64,000 bases of DNA from Escherichia phage ETEC-TG. This document shows positions 1 to 10,484 of this stretch, piece after piece. Each line of letters begins with the position of its first letter. Position 1 is the stretch's first letter. The notes below the pieces were generated by a model. That model saw nothing but the letters and a program-made list of their open reading frames with translations. It did not search any database and was not told where the DNA came from. Both the position numbers and the translations under genes were made by a program. The DNA is taken from the sequence record OR786310.1. One strand, given 5' to 3'.

Positions 1-264
1 TATGACATTCGTTTAAGGTGGAACACTAGGGACGAATCTTGGCAATGTCAAATGGGATTATCTGGAGATGATCCGAGTATAAGTTTCAAAGTTACAAATG
101 GTTTAGATCTTCTTAAACCTTATAAATATCTTGAAAGTGTACCAGATGGTCAATTGTATATAGTAGATACAGTTAAGATTAATGGTCGTCCTGGGTATAC
201 AACTACAGGTCGAGATAAACGTTTTGTATTGGTTTATATTGATAACAAACCTAATCAGGCGTAA
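1..264 (+). CDS. 3' end of upstream structural gene (5'-truncated by window edge)
   Basis: Frame 1 is open from nt 1 with no stop before 264; it is followed by an RBS and the next structural gene. Confidence 0.4.
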   Translation, partial: YDIRLRWNTRDESWQCQMGLSGDDPSISFKVTNGLDLLKPYKYLESVPDGQLYIVDTVKINGRPGYTTTGRDKRFVLVYIDNKPNQA

Positions 265-273
265 GGAGATAAT

Positions 274-1284
274 ATGGCAGAAAGAGAGTATACAAAAGCT
301 CCTGCCCCTAATTTAAACAGGGCATACAAATTATTAATTGGTTCTGCCACAAACACAATACAGAAGAGAACTAAGAACTCGGCATTTAAATCTACAGTAG
401 ATTTGGATACCAAGTTAGGGACAACAGAAAAATCCTCTTCTAATTTGTATTTGTTGCAAGACCATCAAATAACCTTCAGTATTAAGAAAGATAATAACAA
501 AGATCCTAACCAAGCAGAGATTGTAGTTTATAACCTTTCAGATGATACTGTTAACTATATAAACCGTGGTATCCGAAATAACTTGGCTGTTGCTTTAGCG
601 GTAGGATACGAAGGTGAAGAGTTGGTTATGATCTTCAAAGGAACTATCCAGTGGGTTAGTGATACTTTTGACTCGGTAGACAGGAAAACCACTTTACACT
701 GTTTGGATGGTGGTATTAACATTGCAGAAGCAAGAACAAGCCGCAGTTACCCAAAAGGAACTAAAATCAAACGTGTTGTGACAGATTTGGTAAAGGATTT
801 AGGGACTACAGAAGGTAATATACATGTAGACAATGACCAAACCCTATCTTCAGCAACAGCTATGTGTGGGAACACTTCACATTACCTAGAACATATTTGT
901 AAGAGTATTGATCACAATGTGTCAATACAAGACGGATCTGTTTATGTTACTCCACGTTCCCAAATGTCTAGTGCACGTAGCGCCTACATTAGTCCTGAAA
1001 CTGGTTTAATAGGAAGCCCAGAACCATTCCACAACGATATTAAACCTACTAAAAAAGTTACCAAATCCTCTAAGAAGGCAAAGAAACCTACAGATGGTGT
1101 TAAATTTAAATGCCAAATGAATGGTGCAATCTTACCAGAAAAAACAATCTGGTTAAAAAGCCGAGATTATGATGGTCCATTTAAAGTAGTCTCTGTTTCC
1201 CACAATGGGGATAAAGAAGGTAAAGAGTGGGTTACTGAAGTGGAATGTGTATCCGTGTCTGAAATAATGACTAAGGAGAAATAA
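274..1284 (+). CDS. Putative baseplate hub / tail structural protein
   Basis: 336 aa ORF with AAGGAG RBS; sits immediately upstream of the spike gene with an ATGA start/stop overlap; product inferred from position only. Confidence 0.4.
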   Translation: MAEREYTKAPAPNLNRAYKLLIGSATNTIQKRTKNSAFKSTVDLDTKLGTTEKSSSNLYLLQDHQITFSIKKDNNKDPNQAEIVVYNLSDDTVNYINRGIRNNLAVALAVGYEGEELVMIFKGTIQWVSDTFDSVDRKTTLHCLDGGINIAEARTSRSYPKGTKIKRVVTDLVKDLGTTEGNIHVDNDQTLSSATAMCGNTSHYLEHICKSIDHNVSIQDGSVYVTPRSQMSSARSAYISPETGLIGSPEPFHNDIKPTKKVTKSSKKAKKPTDGVKFKCQMNGAILPEKTIWLKSRDYDGPFKVVSVSHNGDKEGKEWVTEVECVSVSEIMTKEK

Positions 1285-2018
1285 TGGACGCATTAAATTT
1301 TGTCACAGCAATGCGTGGCTTAATGACAGAACAATTGGCAGAAGTCCATACAGCCCTGCCAGTCCGTGTGACTGGCGTTAATTATGGTGCTAAAACTGTC
1401 ACTTTAGAATCTATTGTTAAAAACACACGATCTAGTGAAGATGAAATAGATTACCCTACTTTTGAAGATGTTCCTTTTATGGTTAATGGGGGTGGGACAG
1501 GAAGAATCTCATTCCCTATTAAAGCTGGCGATTTAGGAACTGTTATATTTTCTGAAAGAGATCCTTCTAATGCACTGCAAACTAGTGGAGAAACCTCTTC
1601 ATCATCCACTTTTATGCAGCCTTGTGGATTATACCCTATTTGTTTTATTCCCAAAATAGCTACAGGAACAGATTCAACAGAAGCTGTAGATTCTGAAAAG
1701 GTAGTTATTTCTAATAACAAAAACACGTACGCTTCTTTCGACCCTACAGGTAATATTTCAATATGGAATAGTCAAGGGATGAAAATAGATATTACTACCT
1801 CCGGTATTACTATTACAGATGGCACAGGAACTTTGGATCTAAAAGGTGGTAATTTAACTTTCAAAGGCGGCGTGGCAGATATCAATGGTCTTAAAATAGA
1901 TCAGAACGGTTTGATGACAGATGGTAATGGCATCGGATTCCATACTCACACGCACACGGTTCGTAACATTCAGAGCGGTAACTCAAGTGCCGAGTCCTTA
2001 AAACCAACAGGAGCCTAA
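1284..2018 (+). CDS. Baseplate central spike protein (gpV/gp138-like) with H-x-H apex motif
   Basis: 244 aa; C-terminal HTHTHTV motif typical of metal-binding spike tips; position between hub-like gene and gp25-like gene. Confidence 0.6.
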   Translation: MDALNFVTAMRGLMTEQLAEVHTALPVRVTGVNYGAKTVTLESIVKNTRSSEDEIDYPTFEDVPFMVNGGGTGRISFPIKAGDLGTVIFSERDPSNALQTSGETSSSSTFMQPCGLYPICFIPKIATGTDSTEAVDSEKVVISNNKNTYASFDPTGNISIWNSQGMKIDITTSGITITDGTGTLDLKGGNLTFKGGVADINGLKIDQNGLMTDGNGIGFHTHTHTVRNIQSGNSSAESLKPTGA

Positions 2019-2019
2019 C

Positions 2020-2646
2020 ATGGGAATCCCTTTTGACTTAAAACTTGGACCAAACAACGACCTCATCATGGATGATGGGGATTTGGTCCTCACTACAACC
2101 AGAACAGAAATTGCAGCACAAACTCTTGGGATAACTCTGAACACGTATCGTGGGGAGTGGTTTTTAAATACTAACTTCGGTGTTCCTTACTTACAAGAGA
2201 TTATTGGTGTTGCTAGAAAGAAAGATATTGTAGACAGAATATTTTTAGCAGAGATTGCCAAAAACGTTTACATAGATACAATAAACAGTTATAAATCTGC
2301 TTATGACATGGACCAACGTTATTATTCAATGACAGTTATGGTCACAGTTGGAGCAGATACAGTAACATCTATATTCAATACTCAACCTTCTGAAGAGTTT
2401 ATTTACCCTGAAGCTGGTGAAGACAATGCAGCGATCATTTGTGAAGCTTACAGTATTGTTGAGAATTCGAATAGACTTTATCGCTTTATCAACTTTGTTG
2501 GTTTGCCACGTGATACCTACTCTACTTGGTGGAATGAATGGTCTACAGAGTCAGCAGTGGAAAGAATCATGGTTAACGAAAAAGGTGATGCATTAGCTAC
2601 AAACAATGACTTCGGTATAACAGCTATGACAGGAGTAGAAGAGTAA
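2020..2646 (+). CDS. Baseplate wedge protein, gp25/GPW-like
   Basis: Motif LNTYRGEWFLNTNFG matches the GPW/gp25 signature (T-x-x-GE(W/R)-x-x-P/N-x-FG); 208 aa. Confidence 0.6.
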   Translation: MGIPFDLKLGPNNDLIMDDGDLVLTTTRTEIAAQTLGITLNTYRGEWFLNTNFGVPYLQEIIGVARKKDIVDRIFLAEIAKNVYIDTINSYKSAYDMDQRYYSMTVMVTVGADTVTSIFNTQPSEEFIYPEAGEDNAAIICEAYSIVENSNRLYRFINFVGLPRDTYSTWWNEWSTESAVERIMVNEKGDALATNNDFGITAMTGVEE

Positions 2647-3119
2647 TGGCAGATTTAACTACGATCAAAATTTCTGATCTTACACAAACAACCTCTGTGT
2701 CTGATACAGATTTCTTTGTAACAGATCAGGCTGGAATAACAAAGAAAACTTCTTTGAAAGTGCTGTTGAGTGGTGCAGGGGTAACTAGAAACCGTCTGAA
2801 TGCACGGGGAACAGTAACTAGCACCTTGGCATTAGATATTAGTTCAGCAGAATATTTTTCTGCAACTTTATCTTCTGCAACGTGCACAATTAGTTTTACT
2901 AATATTCCAGTAGCAACAAATGCAGTTTTAAACTTTACTTTAGCTTTGCGTCAAGGAAGTGGTGCAAATAAAGTCGTATGGCCTTCTTCTGTAAAATGGA
3001 GTTTTGGTCGCCCCCCAGTTTTGAGTTATCGTCAAGGTGCAACAGACACTTTTGAGTTTATCAGTTATGATAATGGAGCAACTTGGACAGGTAGCTTAGT
3101 TTTAGCAGGAGTTATTTAA
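2646..3119 (+). CDS. Hypothetical structural protein
   Basis: 157 aa ORF with ATG/stop overlap in the structural operon; no recognisable motif. Confidence 0.45.
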   Translation: MADLTTIKISDLTQTTSVSDTDFFVTDQAGITKKTSLKVLLSGAGVTRNRLNARGTVTSTLALDISSAEYFSATLSSATCTISFTNIPVATNAVLNFTLALRQGSGANKVVWPSSVKWSFGRPPVLSYRQGATDTFEFISYDNGATWTGSLVLAGVI

Positions 3120-5995
3120 TGTCAAGAGTTAAGCACAATATTGACAACACGTTTCAGTTGATTGAAGGGTTGGTTCAGTTTTTGGAAAGAAATACTGGTC
3201 TTACCATAGATCCTACGGTTCAGCACTACATTATCAACCCACAAAACGTATTGGCGAACAACAGACACTTTATTAACTGGACAGCGCAGGAAGGGCAACC
3301 AAACGGTGACGCTACTACCGAAGGTCAATCTGTGCTTATCACTGGTTTTGCTTATGCATATTTGGCTACAGGAGATAAAAAATATCTTGAATCTGCCGAG
3401 AAGTATTGGCAAGCCTATATAGATCACTTCTTCGGGGGCCAACCTATTCCTGATCCTCCAGCTAAGTATCGTCCCAACTGGATCATCAATGGTAAAGAAC
3501 CACGTTTAGCACACTACCCTCTCACAGATGATGGGTATCCTACGCACGGTGGGTTCAAAGGTAGCATGATGACTTGGATTAACGGAAGGACTGTTATTCC
3601 TAAAGGTGCGCCACATTGGGGAGAATACTTAGATAAAGCTTGGTTTGCTTTCAATGGTAATCTTGGTTGGAACTCTGTTAACGCAACAGTGTATGCAACT
3701 AACCCAGATGGTTCAACCAACTGGAAAGAATATGGAGATCAGTGGGACGTTGAATGGATTATAGATCGTCTAGGACGTAAAGTTGATTGGGATGGTAACA
3801 TTTTATCCACTGGGCATAGCTTTGCAGAATATGGAACAGTGCAACTTAAAAACGCTTCTGTGAACGGAGACTATAAATTCAACTACGCTACATGCAATCC
3901 TGTAGAACACGGTGGATATCTGCTTAAGCGTAATGAGATGTGGCATAACCGTCCTGTAAACGTTCCGGTAGAGTTAGGTTATCAAGACAATGCTTCCGAT
4001 GCTGAAACGTGGTGGTGTGATGCAAACTACTTGATGTATCAGATCACAGGAGAGAGAAAATACTGGCTTTGCTGGCAATCTTCTTTATTGTTGTGTCAAG
4101 ACTACTCAAACATCGATATGTTTGATAAATTCTTCCGTAGATCTACGACAGCAATAATTCCTTTTACAGATGGTATCTCGTATGATTACTCATACCCATC
4201 TACAGCAATACCTAAATATTCTCGTGACGAGTTAGGATACACAGTAATTCGCCAAGATGTTGCAGCACAAACAACTCTAGAACAACAGGCAGTTTGGTTC
4301 AGAGTGGATCAGAATTCAAAACTGCGTATTGAGTTTCAAGGCGTAGATGATGCAGGGGAAGGTGTTCTTTTCCGTCCAGAGTTAGAATTAAGCAAGACTA
4401 AGAGTGAAACAGACACAGTGACATATCGTTGTGGCTTACCTCTTGGTGCAGCTAATATGACTAAGATGGATATACCTTTATCCAGTTTTATGCGCACTGA
4501 ACCTCCTGGAGGTGGTGTATATATTATTGCTGAACCTAGAATCATTGTTGACTGGGGAAGCAATACTGTGATACAATATAAATATGCAACTGGTATTGCT
4601 GGGACAAATAGTGATCAGATAGTTTCTGCTAATATGGATTCAGATGGTGGTTTTACTATTGGGTTTTGGTTAACACCAACTAAAACAACCAATTTAAAAT
4701 CTATTACGTATCGTTCATACGCAGATGATTTTAACATCACTATTACGGATTCCGCAGGTTGGAGATGGTGGGCCATGTTAGAAAAAACAAATTCTGCATG
4801 GGTTACTAAAGCTTTAAGTCCTGCTGATTTCAAATTAAGTACTTGGCAACCTAATCACAATGACACAGAGACAAAACCTTCGTCAATAAACCTGACTGCT
4901 GTTGATCAGATGAACATTGCATTGGATTCTGAACCTGCAAATGGCTTGACAGGGGCAATCGACTTTTATTGCGTTAACGATATCCCATCTTTGTATTCTT
5001 CAGCCGCTGGTGATGATTACACAATGTATTTCAGGGTTACAGTTTCATCTGAAAATCCTTATACAGCAAAACTTGGAGATTGTACAATACTGGACTACAA
5101 ACTTGACAGTTTGAATTATACTCCAGGAATCATCCCATTTTCCAATATTAGTGATCCTAATACAGCATTATATGACGGTTGGCGTGGTATTCCTTACCCA
5201 GGTTATCAATACCCATCCTTATATTGTTTTAAAGGGAGAGATATTGACTGGGTTCGTATGAACAACAGTATAGACTTTTTATATGATTCACAAATGTGGT
5301 TTTATAATAAGTTTGCCCCTGTAATGCCTGGGCCAATGGCACAAGCTTATGTTTGGGATCGTTGGGATGCTCATAAATATGGAAACAAAAATGAGTTCAC
5401 AATGTATCATTGGAACGATAAAGCTTGGGATGGTTATGAAGCAAGAGCATTCTTCTGTGCGTGTCATACGGTATACGAACTAAAGCGACGAGGAGCCGAA
5501 GTTCCTGAAAAACTTTTAACAGTTTGTAAAAACTGGATCAACTACCTGAAGTGGTTCCAAGATAACAACGAAGGAAGAACACCAACAATATTTTATCCCA
5601 ACGGAGAAGTGGCTGCGCCTGTAGATGACTTTACAAGTCACATGTCTGCGCTCTTTATGGCGGGATGTGCTATAATGGGGATGGCTGGATATGATTCAGA
5701 AATTCCTAACATTAGAATAGTAGCAGATCGCTGTTTTGAACTTATTCAGGAAAACTATATTGTTCTTGGTCCTAATCACGTCATGAATGGTTGTTGGAGT
5801 GCTGCTCCTAGACCAGACAGTGATAACGGAGTCTTCTTTGGCTTCCACGCTGGAGAGTTGTTACGTGGTTTTGGGTTGTATGCTTTATACAAAAAACTTA
5901 ATCCCCAAAATGCATTACCTGTTTTGGATTCGAGCAATATTCCTGCACTTACTGTTTTGACAATGGCAAACATTAGTGTGGACGTTACCGAGTAA
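3119..5995 (+). CDS. Large structural protein, putative tail fibre / receptor-binding protein
   Basis: 958 aa ORF in baseplate/fibre module; Trp/Tyr-rich composition; function inferred from context. Confidence 0.45.
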   Translation: MSRVKHNIDNTFQLIEGLVQFLERNTGLTIDPTVQHYIINPQNVLANNRHFINWTAQEGQPNGDATTEGQSVLITGFAYAYLATGDKKYLESAEKYWQAYIDHFFGGQPIPDPPAKYRPNWIINGKEPRLAHYPLTDDGYPTHGGFKGSMMTWINGRTVIPKGAPHWGEYLDKAWFAFNGNLGWNSVNATVYATNPDGSTNWKEYGDQWDVEWIIDRLGRKVDWDGNILSTGHSFAEYGTVQLKNASVNGDYKFNYATCNPVEHGGYLLKRNEMWHNRPVNVPVELGYQDNASDAETWWCDANYLMYQITGERKYWLCWQSSLLLCQDYSNIDMFDKFFRRSTTAIIPFTDGISYDYSYPSTAIPKYSRDELGYTVIRQDVAAQTTLEQQAVWFRVDQNSKLRIEFQGVDDAGEGVLFRPELELSKTKSETDTVTYRCGLPLGAANMTKMDIPLSSFMRTEPPGGGVYIIAEPRIIVDWGSNTVIQYKYATGIAGTNSDQIVSANMDSDGGFTIGFWLTPTKTTNLKSITYRSYADDFNITITDSAGWRWWAMLEKTNSAWVTKALSPADFKLSTWQPNHNDTETKPSSINLTAVDQMNIALDSEPANGLTGAIDFYCVNDIPSLYSSAAGDDYTMYFRVTVSSENPYTAKLGDCTILDYKLDSLNYTPGIIPFSNISDPNTALYDGWRGIPYPGYQYPSLYCFKGRDIDWVRMNNSIDFLYDSQMWFYNKFAPVMPGPMAQAYVWDRWDAHKYGNKNEFTMYHWNDKAWDGYEARAFFCACHTVYELKRRGAEVPEKLLTVCKNWINYLKWFQDNNEGRTPTIFYPNGEVAAPVDDFTSHMSALFMAGCAIMGMAGYDSEIPNIRIVADRCFELIQENYIVLGPNHVMNGCWSAAPRPDSDNGVFFGFHAGELLRGFGLYALYKKLNPQNALPVLDSSNIPALTVLTMANISVDVTE

Positions 5996-6003
5996 GGGGT
6001 AAA

Positions 6004-8157
6004 ATGAAACAAGCTATATTTACTGTCACGCGAGACAAGAGAGTAAATGCGAGTTCATTTAACTACACGACTGTTGACGGAACAGCAGTCGCTGGTAGAG
6101 ATTATATTGCAAAATCGGGAACACTTGTGTTCCCTGATGATGCTGATTCTGCTACTATTGTGGTTGAAGTATTTGAACGACCAAAGAACTCAATAGATCT
6201 TAACTTCTCCCTCCAAGTTTCAGGGATTAGTCAAAATAACATGATGGTTGAAACAACCATCAATTGTATTATAACTACTATCCAAGAAAATACTACTCCA
6301 ATAACTTGGACTACAAAAGACGTTAAAATGTTCTCTCCTATGTATTGGACAATAGATTCTCAAGCAACGGAAAGTTGTTCTATTGTATCTCATGGAGACT
6401 CTTTTACTGCAAGATTTGTAAACAGAACAACAGCAGGTTTGGCAGGGGTTATCTGGAGCACAGTTGACAAATATGACCATAAAGGTGTTGGGTATTTGCC
6501 TCACACAGATTTAAGTTCAGAGAAACTTTGGTTTAAAATGGAAATTAGTCAAAACATGCCAGGTTTTAAAGAAGAACCTTTGGTGCCGACTTTGACTGTA
6601 ACTCTCCTGGATAAAAGTGTTCATTATGTCAGTTTAGGATTCTACGCTTCAGATATTTCAGAAGATGGTAAAACAGCCACAATAAAGTTAGATTTTGGTA
6701 ATATCTTTTCTGGCCCTAATAATGATATTCCTTTGGATATGAGTGCTGTAGATAATATTTTCTTCTCTTTGATTACAGCAAGGTATGAAAAAATAGAAGA
6801 GGTTGTACCTATTGACAGTCAAGAGGCTTGGTTTACTTTCACTCTTCTTGAACCTACTTCTGGTTACAGTATGATGAAAGTCAGCAACCTTGTCCAGCCT
6901 GAACATGATATTCGCATGTGCACATCTTATGATGATATGTATAACCTGACTCCAGAGAGAGTTATTTATAATACATATGCACTAGGTTATCGTGGAATGA
7001 TTAACCATTACAACGGAATGTCTCACTATTATGAGTTCTCATGGAACGGAACATCTTGGGCTTTAAATAGATCTGTTTTCCTGAATCCGGCTACAGAAGC
7101 TTGGCTAAATAGTTTCCATTCTATAGCAAACGAGAAGGGCTACACGATAATGAACTCTTTAAGTTTTGAATTGATGAGCACAGTTTGTCCTGTAGAATGG
7201 GTCCAGCATGATTGGAACGATGCTCTTGCAGCAACAGGGTATGAACCTCCTAGTTATGTGTTGTCTCCAACTATTGACGAAGGTATGGAATATTTGCAAA
7301 ATGTTATTAACAAAATAGCATCTATTTCGCAAGCTAATAATATTCCAGTTGTCATTCAAATTGGTGAGCCTTGGTGGTGGTATAATACAGCAAGTAAAAT
7401 GCCTTGCATATATGATTACACTACCAAACTGGCATTCAACACAGAAACAGGCTTATTTGCACAAGATGCAGGAACAATAGATAATTATAAAACAGGAACA
7501 CCGTTTGACGAATACTATGCATTTTTGTCTCGTAAACTAGGGTTAAGAGTTACAAAGTTTGCAACAGACACTAGAGCAACTTATCCAGGAGCTAAAGTAA
7601 CATTGCTGCCATTCTTACCATCAATTATCGGCAATGGTTTAATGGAGAAAGTTAACTTTCCGTCTGATTACTACATTCCTGAAGCTTTTGATTTTTATTG
7701 TTCAGAGTGTTACGACTGGCTTCTGGAAGGTAAAATGATGAAAGCATTTGATGCAATTACCATACCACATGAAAAATTAGGTTTTGAATATTCTGATATT
7801 CACTATCTTGCAGGTTTTGTTCCAGATGCTACTCTTGCACCTTTGTATGGCTTTGATCCTGAATCAAACTACCGCACGTATCTTTGGAAAATGATTATAG
7901 GTAACATAGTGTTGAACGCCAATAAGTTCAATGGACTTACACAATATATATGGGCCTATCCTCAAATAATGCACGATTCTATCACGGTAGTTAATTCTCA
8001 ATCCCAAGTTTTCTATATGGGTAACGTGCCTTTGAACGCTTATTTACAGGATATCACTCTTAAACAGGTAAATGTTGAGATTGCCACCATAAGTGGAATT
8101 ACATTAGCCACTAAATCTGGAGAAGATTTAGTAACAACACAAAAATTTTATATATAG
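6004..8157 (+). CDS. Structural protein with N-terminal Calx-beta-like domain
   Basis: N-terminus FTVTRDKRVNASSFNYTTVDGTAVAGRDYIAKSGTLVFPDDADSATIVVEVFE matches the Calx-beta consensus (T.DGTA.AG.DY...G.L.F); 717 aa. Confidence 0.5.
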   Translation: MKQAIFTVTRDKRVNASSFNYTTVDGTAVAGRDYIAKSGTLVFPDDADSATIVVEVFERPKNSIDLNFSLQVSGISQNNMMVETTINCIITTIQENTTPITWTTKDVKMFSPMYWTIDSQATESCSIVSHGDSFTARFVNRTTAGLAGVIWSTVDKYDHKGVGYLPHTDLSSEKLWFKMEISQNMPGFKEEPLVPTLTVTLLDKSVHYVSLGFYASDISEDGKTATIKLDFGNIFSGPNNDIPLDMSAVDNIFFSLITARYEKIEEVVPIDSQEAWFTFTLLEPTSGYSMMKVSNLVQPEHDIRMCTSYDDMYNLTPERVIYNTYALGYRGMINHYNGMSHYYEFSWNGTSWALNRSVFLNPATEAWLNSFHSIANEKGYTIMNSLSFELMSTVCPVEWVQHDWNDALAATGYEPPSYVLSPTIDEGMEYLQNVINKIASISQANNIPVVIQIGEPWWWYNTASKMPCIYDYTTKLAFNTETGLFAQDAGTIDNYKTGTPFDEYYAFLSRKLGLRVTKFATDTRATYPGAKVTLLPFLPSIIGNGLMEKVNFPSDYYIPEAFDFYCSECYDWLLEGKMMKAFDAITIPHEKLGFEYSDIHYLAGFVPDATLAPLYGFDPESNYRTYLWKMIIGNIVLNANKFNGLTQYIWAYPQIMHDSITVVNSQSQVFYMGNVPLNAYLQDITLKQVNVEIATISGITLATKSGEDLVTTQKFYI

Positions 8158-8165
8158 GAGTAAAA

Positions 8166-10418
8166 ATGTCAACTACAATTACTAATTTACCCGAAACATC
8201 AAAAGTTAATGGTTCTGATTACCTGGTTTTAGACCAACCTGATAAGACTGTTAAAAGCACAGTTTCCAACTTTCTTACTGACACTGGGGTGGTTTTAGCC
8301 ACCCAGTTGAAAGATACAGATGGAGCTACCAAGTATCCAGAACTTCAGATTGCACGCTGGCGAGACGAGGGAGATATCAGAGGGTGGGGCACGGAAACAA
8401 ACGGTGATGTTACCGAAGCAATCATTGAGGCGGTAGCGGCGACAAGCGGCACTATCATTGTGCCACCTGGTGACTATGTTGCCACACCTACGCTGGCCGA
8501 AGTTCCGGCTGTGCTGAAATTGCTGTCCCGCGCTGATTTTCGTGGCAGGTTGACCATTAATCTGCCAGCTGGGACGGTCAATCTGAACGAGCAGACAGTC
8601 ATAAATTCTAACAGGAGTAATCTGTGCAAGGTCATTGGCGTAGCGCTAAACACGAGCGTTACAGGGCTTGTTTCTGTAGCTGGGTCAAGCAAGCAATATT
8701 CGATAACTCTGTCCCTGGCAGATGCCTCGCAGGTGTCAGTCGGTGACTATGCCATCTTCAGGCACGATCTGACGGGAACTGGTTTTTTCCACATACACTG
8801 CGGGGGCTGGCGGGTAACGGCTGTGTCCGGCAATAACGTGACCGTGCTCAACACATGCGTCTTGGATTCATTCCCTTCGTCAACCGTTACCGGTGGATCA
8901 GTCTCCATTATCAAGTCCGTTCTGAAATACACCGGCTGTGATGGGATTAGACCGGAGGGCGGCGACTGTATCGGAATTATTGATAATGTCGCCATCGTGG
9001 GTGATTACAACCTTGCTACCGGCGCAGGGACAATCGGTGCTCACGGCGTAATATCCTCAACACCCGTAGTAGTCACCGACGCCGCCAACGCATCCAACAA
9101 CGTAGCGAATATGGCGGCAGCGCTGGCCCTGGGACGAAATATTGCAATCAGTGCCTGGGGTGAGCAAGGGCTGGCAGTGTCGGGTCGCTCTGCGCTTGTG
9201 TGTAACTTCATCGCATCCTGTGCCAACCGTAAGCGTGGTATTTATGCGGAAGGTGCTCATATACGCGGGAAATTTATGATCGCCTCCGGAAACGGAGAGG
9301 ACGGCATTATTTCAGATACCACTGGATTTGTGCAGGCTGCATATGCCGTTTGCTCGGGTAACGGATTAAACGGGTTCTGGTCAACAAACCTCTCTCTTAT
9401 TGCGGCGGCAAGGGGAGTGGCTTGCTGTAACAAAACAAATGGTGTGGAGGCAAGGGGGCAGACAAGGCTCGCATTTGATCTCGGCCTTTCCTACGGAAAC
9501 GTTCTAAACGGTGTCAGCGCCTCTGATGGGGGCATGATTGACTTTGATGGCGGCATGTCAAGAGACAATCTCGTTGACGGGATCGCAGCGACATACAATG
9601 CAGTAGTTGACGCGAACAACGCCTCCAGTACCACCAATGGTCGTTACGGTACTAACGTGACCTCCGCGTGCATTATCATTTCAGGGACTGGTACTATATC
9701 TGGGAATACAGGGGCGGATGTTCGTGATAACGGCAATGGGATGGTTGTCCGACCAGACGGCACGATCTACCCATTCACTGGGGTCGCACAGGGTAATCTG
9801 TCGCTAAGAAACACCGTCAGCGGCGCGGGGGTTGACATTGTTCCTACAAGTATAGGTGACTTAATTCTGAGCTTTAAAAACTCAGCAGGCGGAACGCTTA
9901 ACCCGTTATACAACTTCAAAGCCGACGGTACTCAGTACCCTCAAAATGACGCGACGCAAAGCCTTGGGCGTGCCGCTAACCGATACAATGTCGGTTTCTT
10001 CGCTGGCGGAACACAGTCAACTTCAGATGCCACACTTAAAGACCCTATCCGGGAGTTCAATCAGGCCGAACTTAATGCAGCAATGCGAATCGCAAAAATG
10101 CTGGGTTTCTGGACATGGCTGGATGATGCCGGAAAACGGCTTCATGCAGGGACAACAGTGCAAGCGGTACTGGAGGTGCTGGAAGAAGAGGGACTCGACT
10201 GGCGTAACTATGGTTTCATCGGATTTGATGAGTGGGATGATGAATATATCCCAGTAACCATTGAGGTAGATGGCGAAGTCGTTGAAACAGGGGAAACGAA
10301 ATTAGTGCGTGAGGCTGGTTCTGTCTGGCAACTGCGCGATCAGGAATTTGACCGTTTCGTTATGCGTGGACTTTCTGAAAGGCTGAGTATTATAGAAAGT
10401 AAGCTGGATTTACTGTAA
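8166..10418 (+). CDS. Tailspike protein with beta-helix-like receptor-binding domain (GC-rich, mosaic)
   Basis: 750 aa; AT-rich conserved N-terminus followed by a markedly GC-richer body with Gly/Asn/Ser/Thr-rich repeats typical of pectate-lyase-type beta-helices. Confidence 0.55.
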   Translation: MSTTITNLPETSKVNGSDYLVLDQPDKTVKSTVSNFLTDTGVVLATQLKDTDGATKYPELQIARWRDEGDIRGWGTETNGDVTEAIIEAVAATSGTIIVPPGDYVATPTLAEVPAVLKLLSRADFRGRLTINLPAGTVNLNEQTVINSNRSNLCKVIGVALNTSVTGLVSVAGSSKQYSITLSLADASQVSVGDYAIFRHDLTGTGFFHIHCGGWRVTAVSGNNVTVLNTCVLDSFPSSTVTGGSVSIIKSVLKYTGCDGIRPEGGDCIGIIDNVAIVGDYNLATGAGTIGAHGVISSTPVVVTDAANASNNVANMAAALALGRNIAISAWGEQGLAVSGRSALVCNFIASCANRKRGIYAEGAHIRGKFMIASGNGEDGIISDTTGFVQAAYAVCSGNGLNGFWSTNLSLIAAARGVACCNKTNGVEARGQTRLAFDLGLSYGNVLNGVSASDGGMIDFDGGMSRDNLVDGIAATYNAVVDANNASSTTNGRYGTNVTSACIIISGTGTISGNTGADVRDNGNGMVVRPDGTIYPFTGVAQGNLSLRNTVSGAGVDIVPTSIGDLILSFKNSAGGTLNPLYNFKADGTQYPQNDATQSLGRAANRYNVGFFAGGTQSTSDATLKDPIREFNQAELNAAMRIAKMLGFWTWLDDAGKRLHAGTTVQAVLEVLEEEGLDWRNYGFIGFDEWDDEYIPVTIEVDGEVVETGETKLVREAGSVWQLRDQEFDRFVMRGLSERLSIIESKLDLL

Positions 10419-10484
10419 TTAAGAGCCGCTATCTCCTACTATGATGGCGGCAACCTTAAAATATTTACGTGGGGGAGCCACCTA

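Noticed and set aside
1451-1726. 91-aa antisense ORF within the spike gene
   Set aside because: Fully contained in the opposite strand of a well-supported structural gene; no RBS.
8474-10257. Cluster of antisense and overlapping ORFs (8474-8692, 8747-8995, 9041-9226, 9057-9260, 9946-10257) inside the tailspike gene
   Set aside because: They lie in a GC-rich segment where stop codons are rare, have no RBS, and overlap a long coherent sense ORF; judged spurious.
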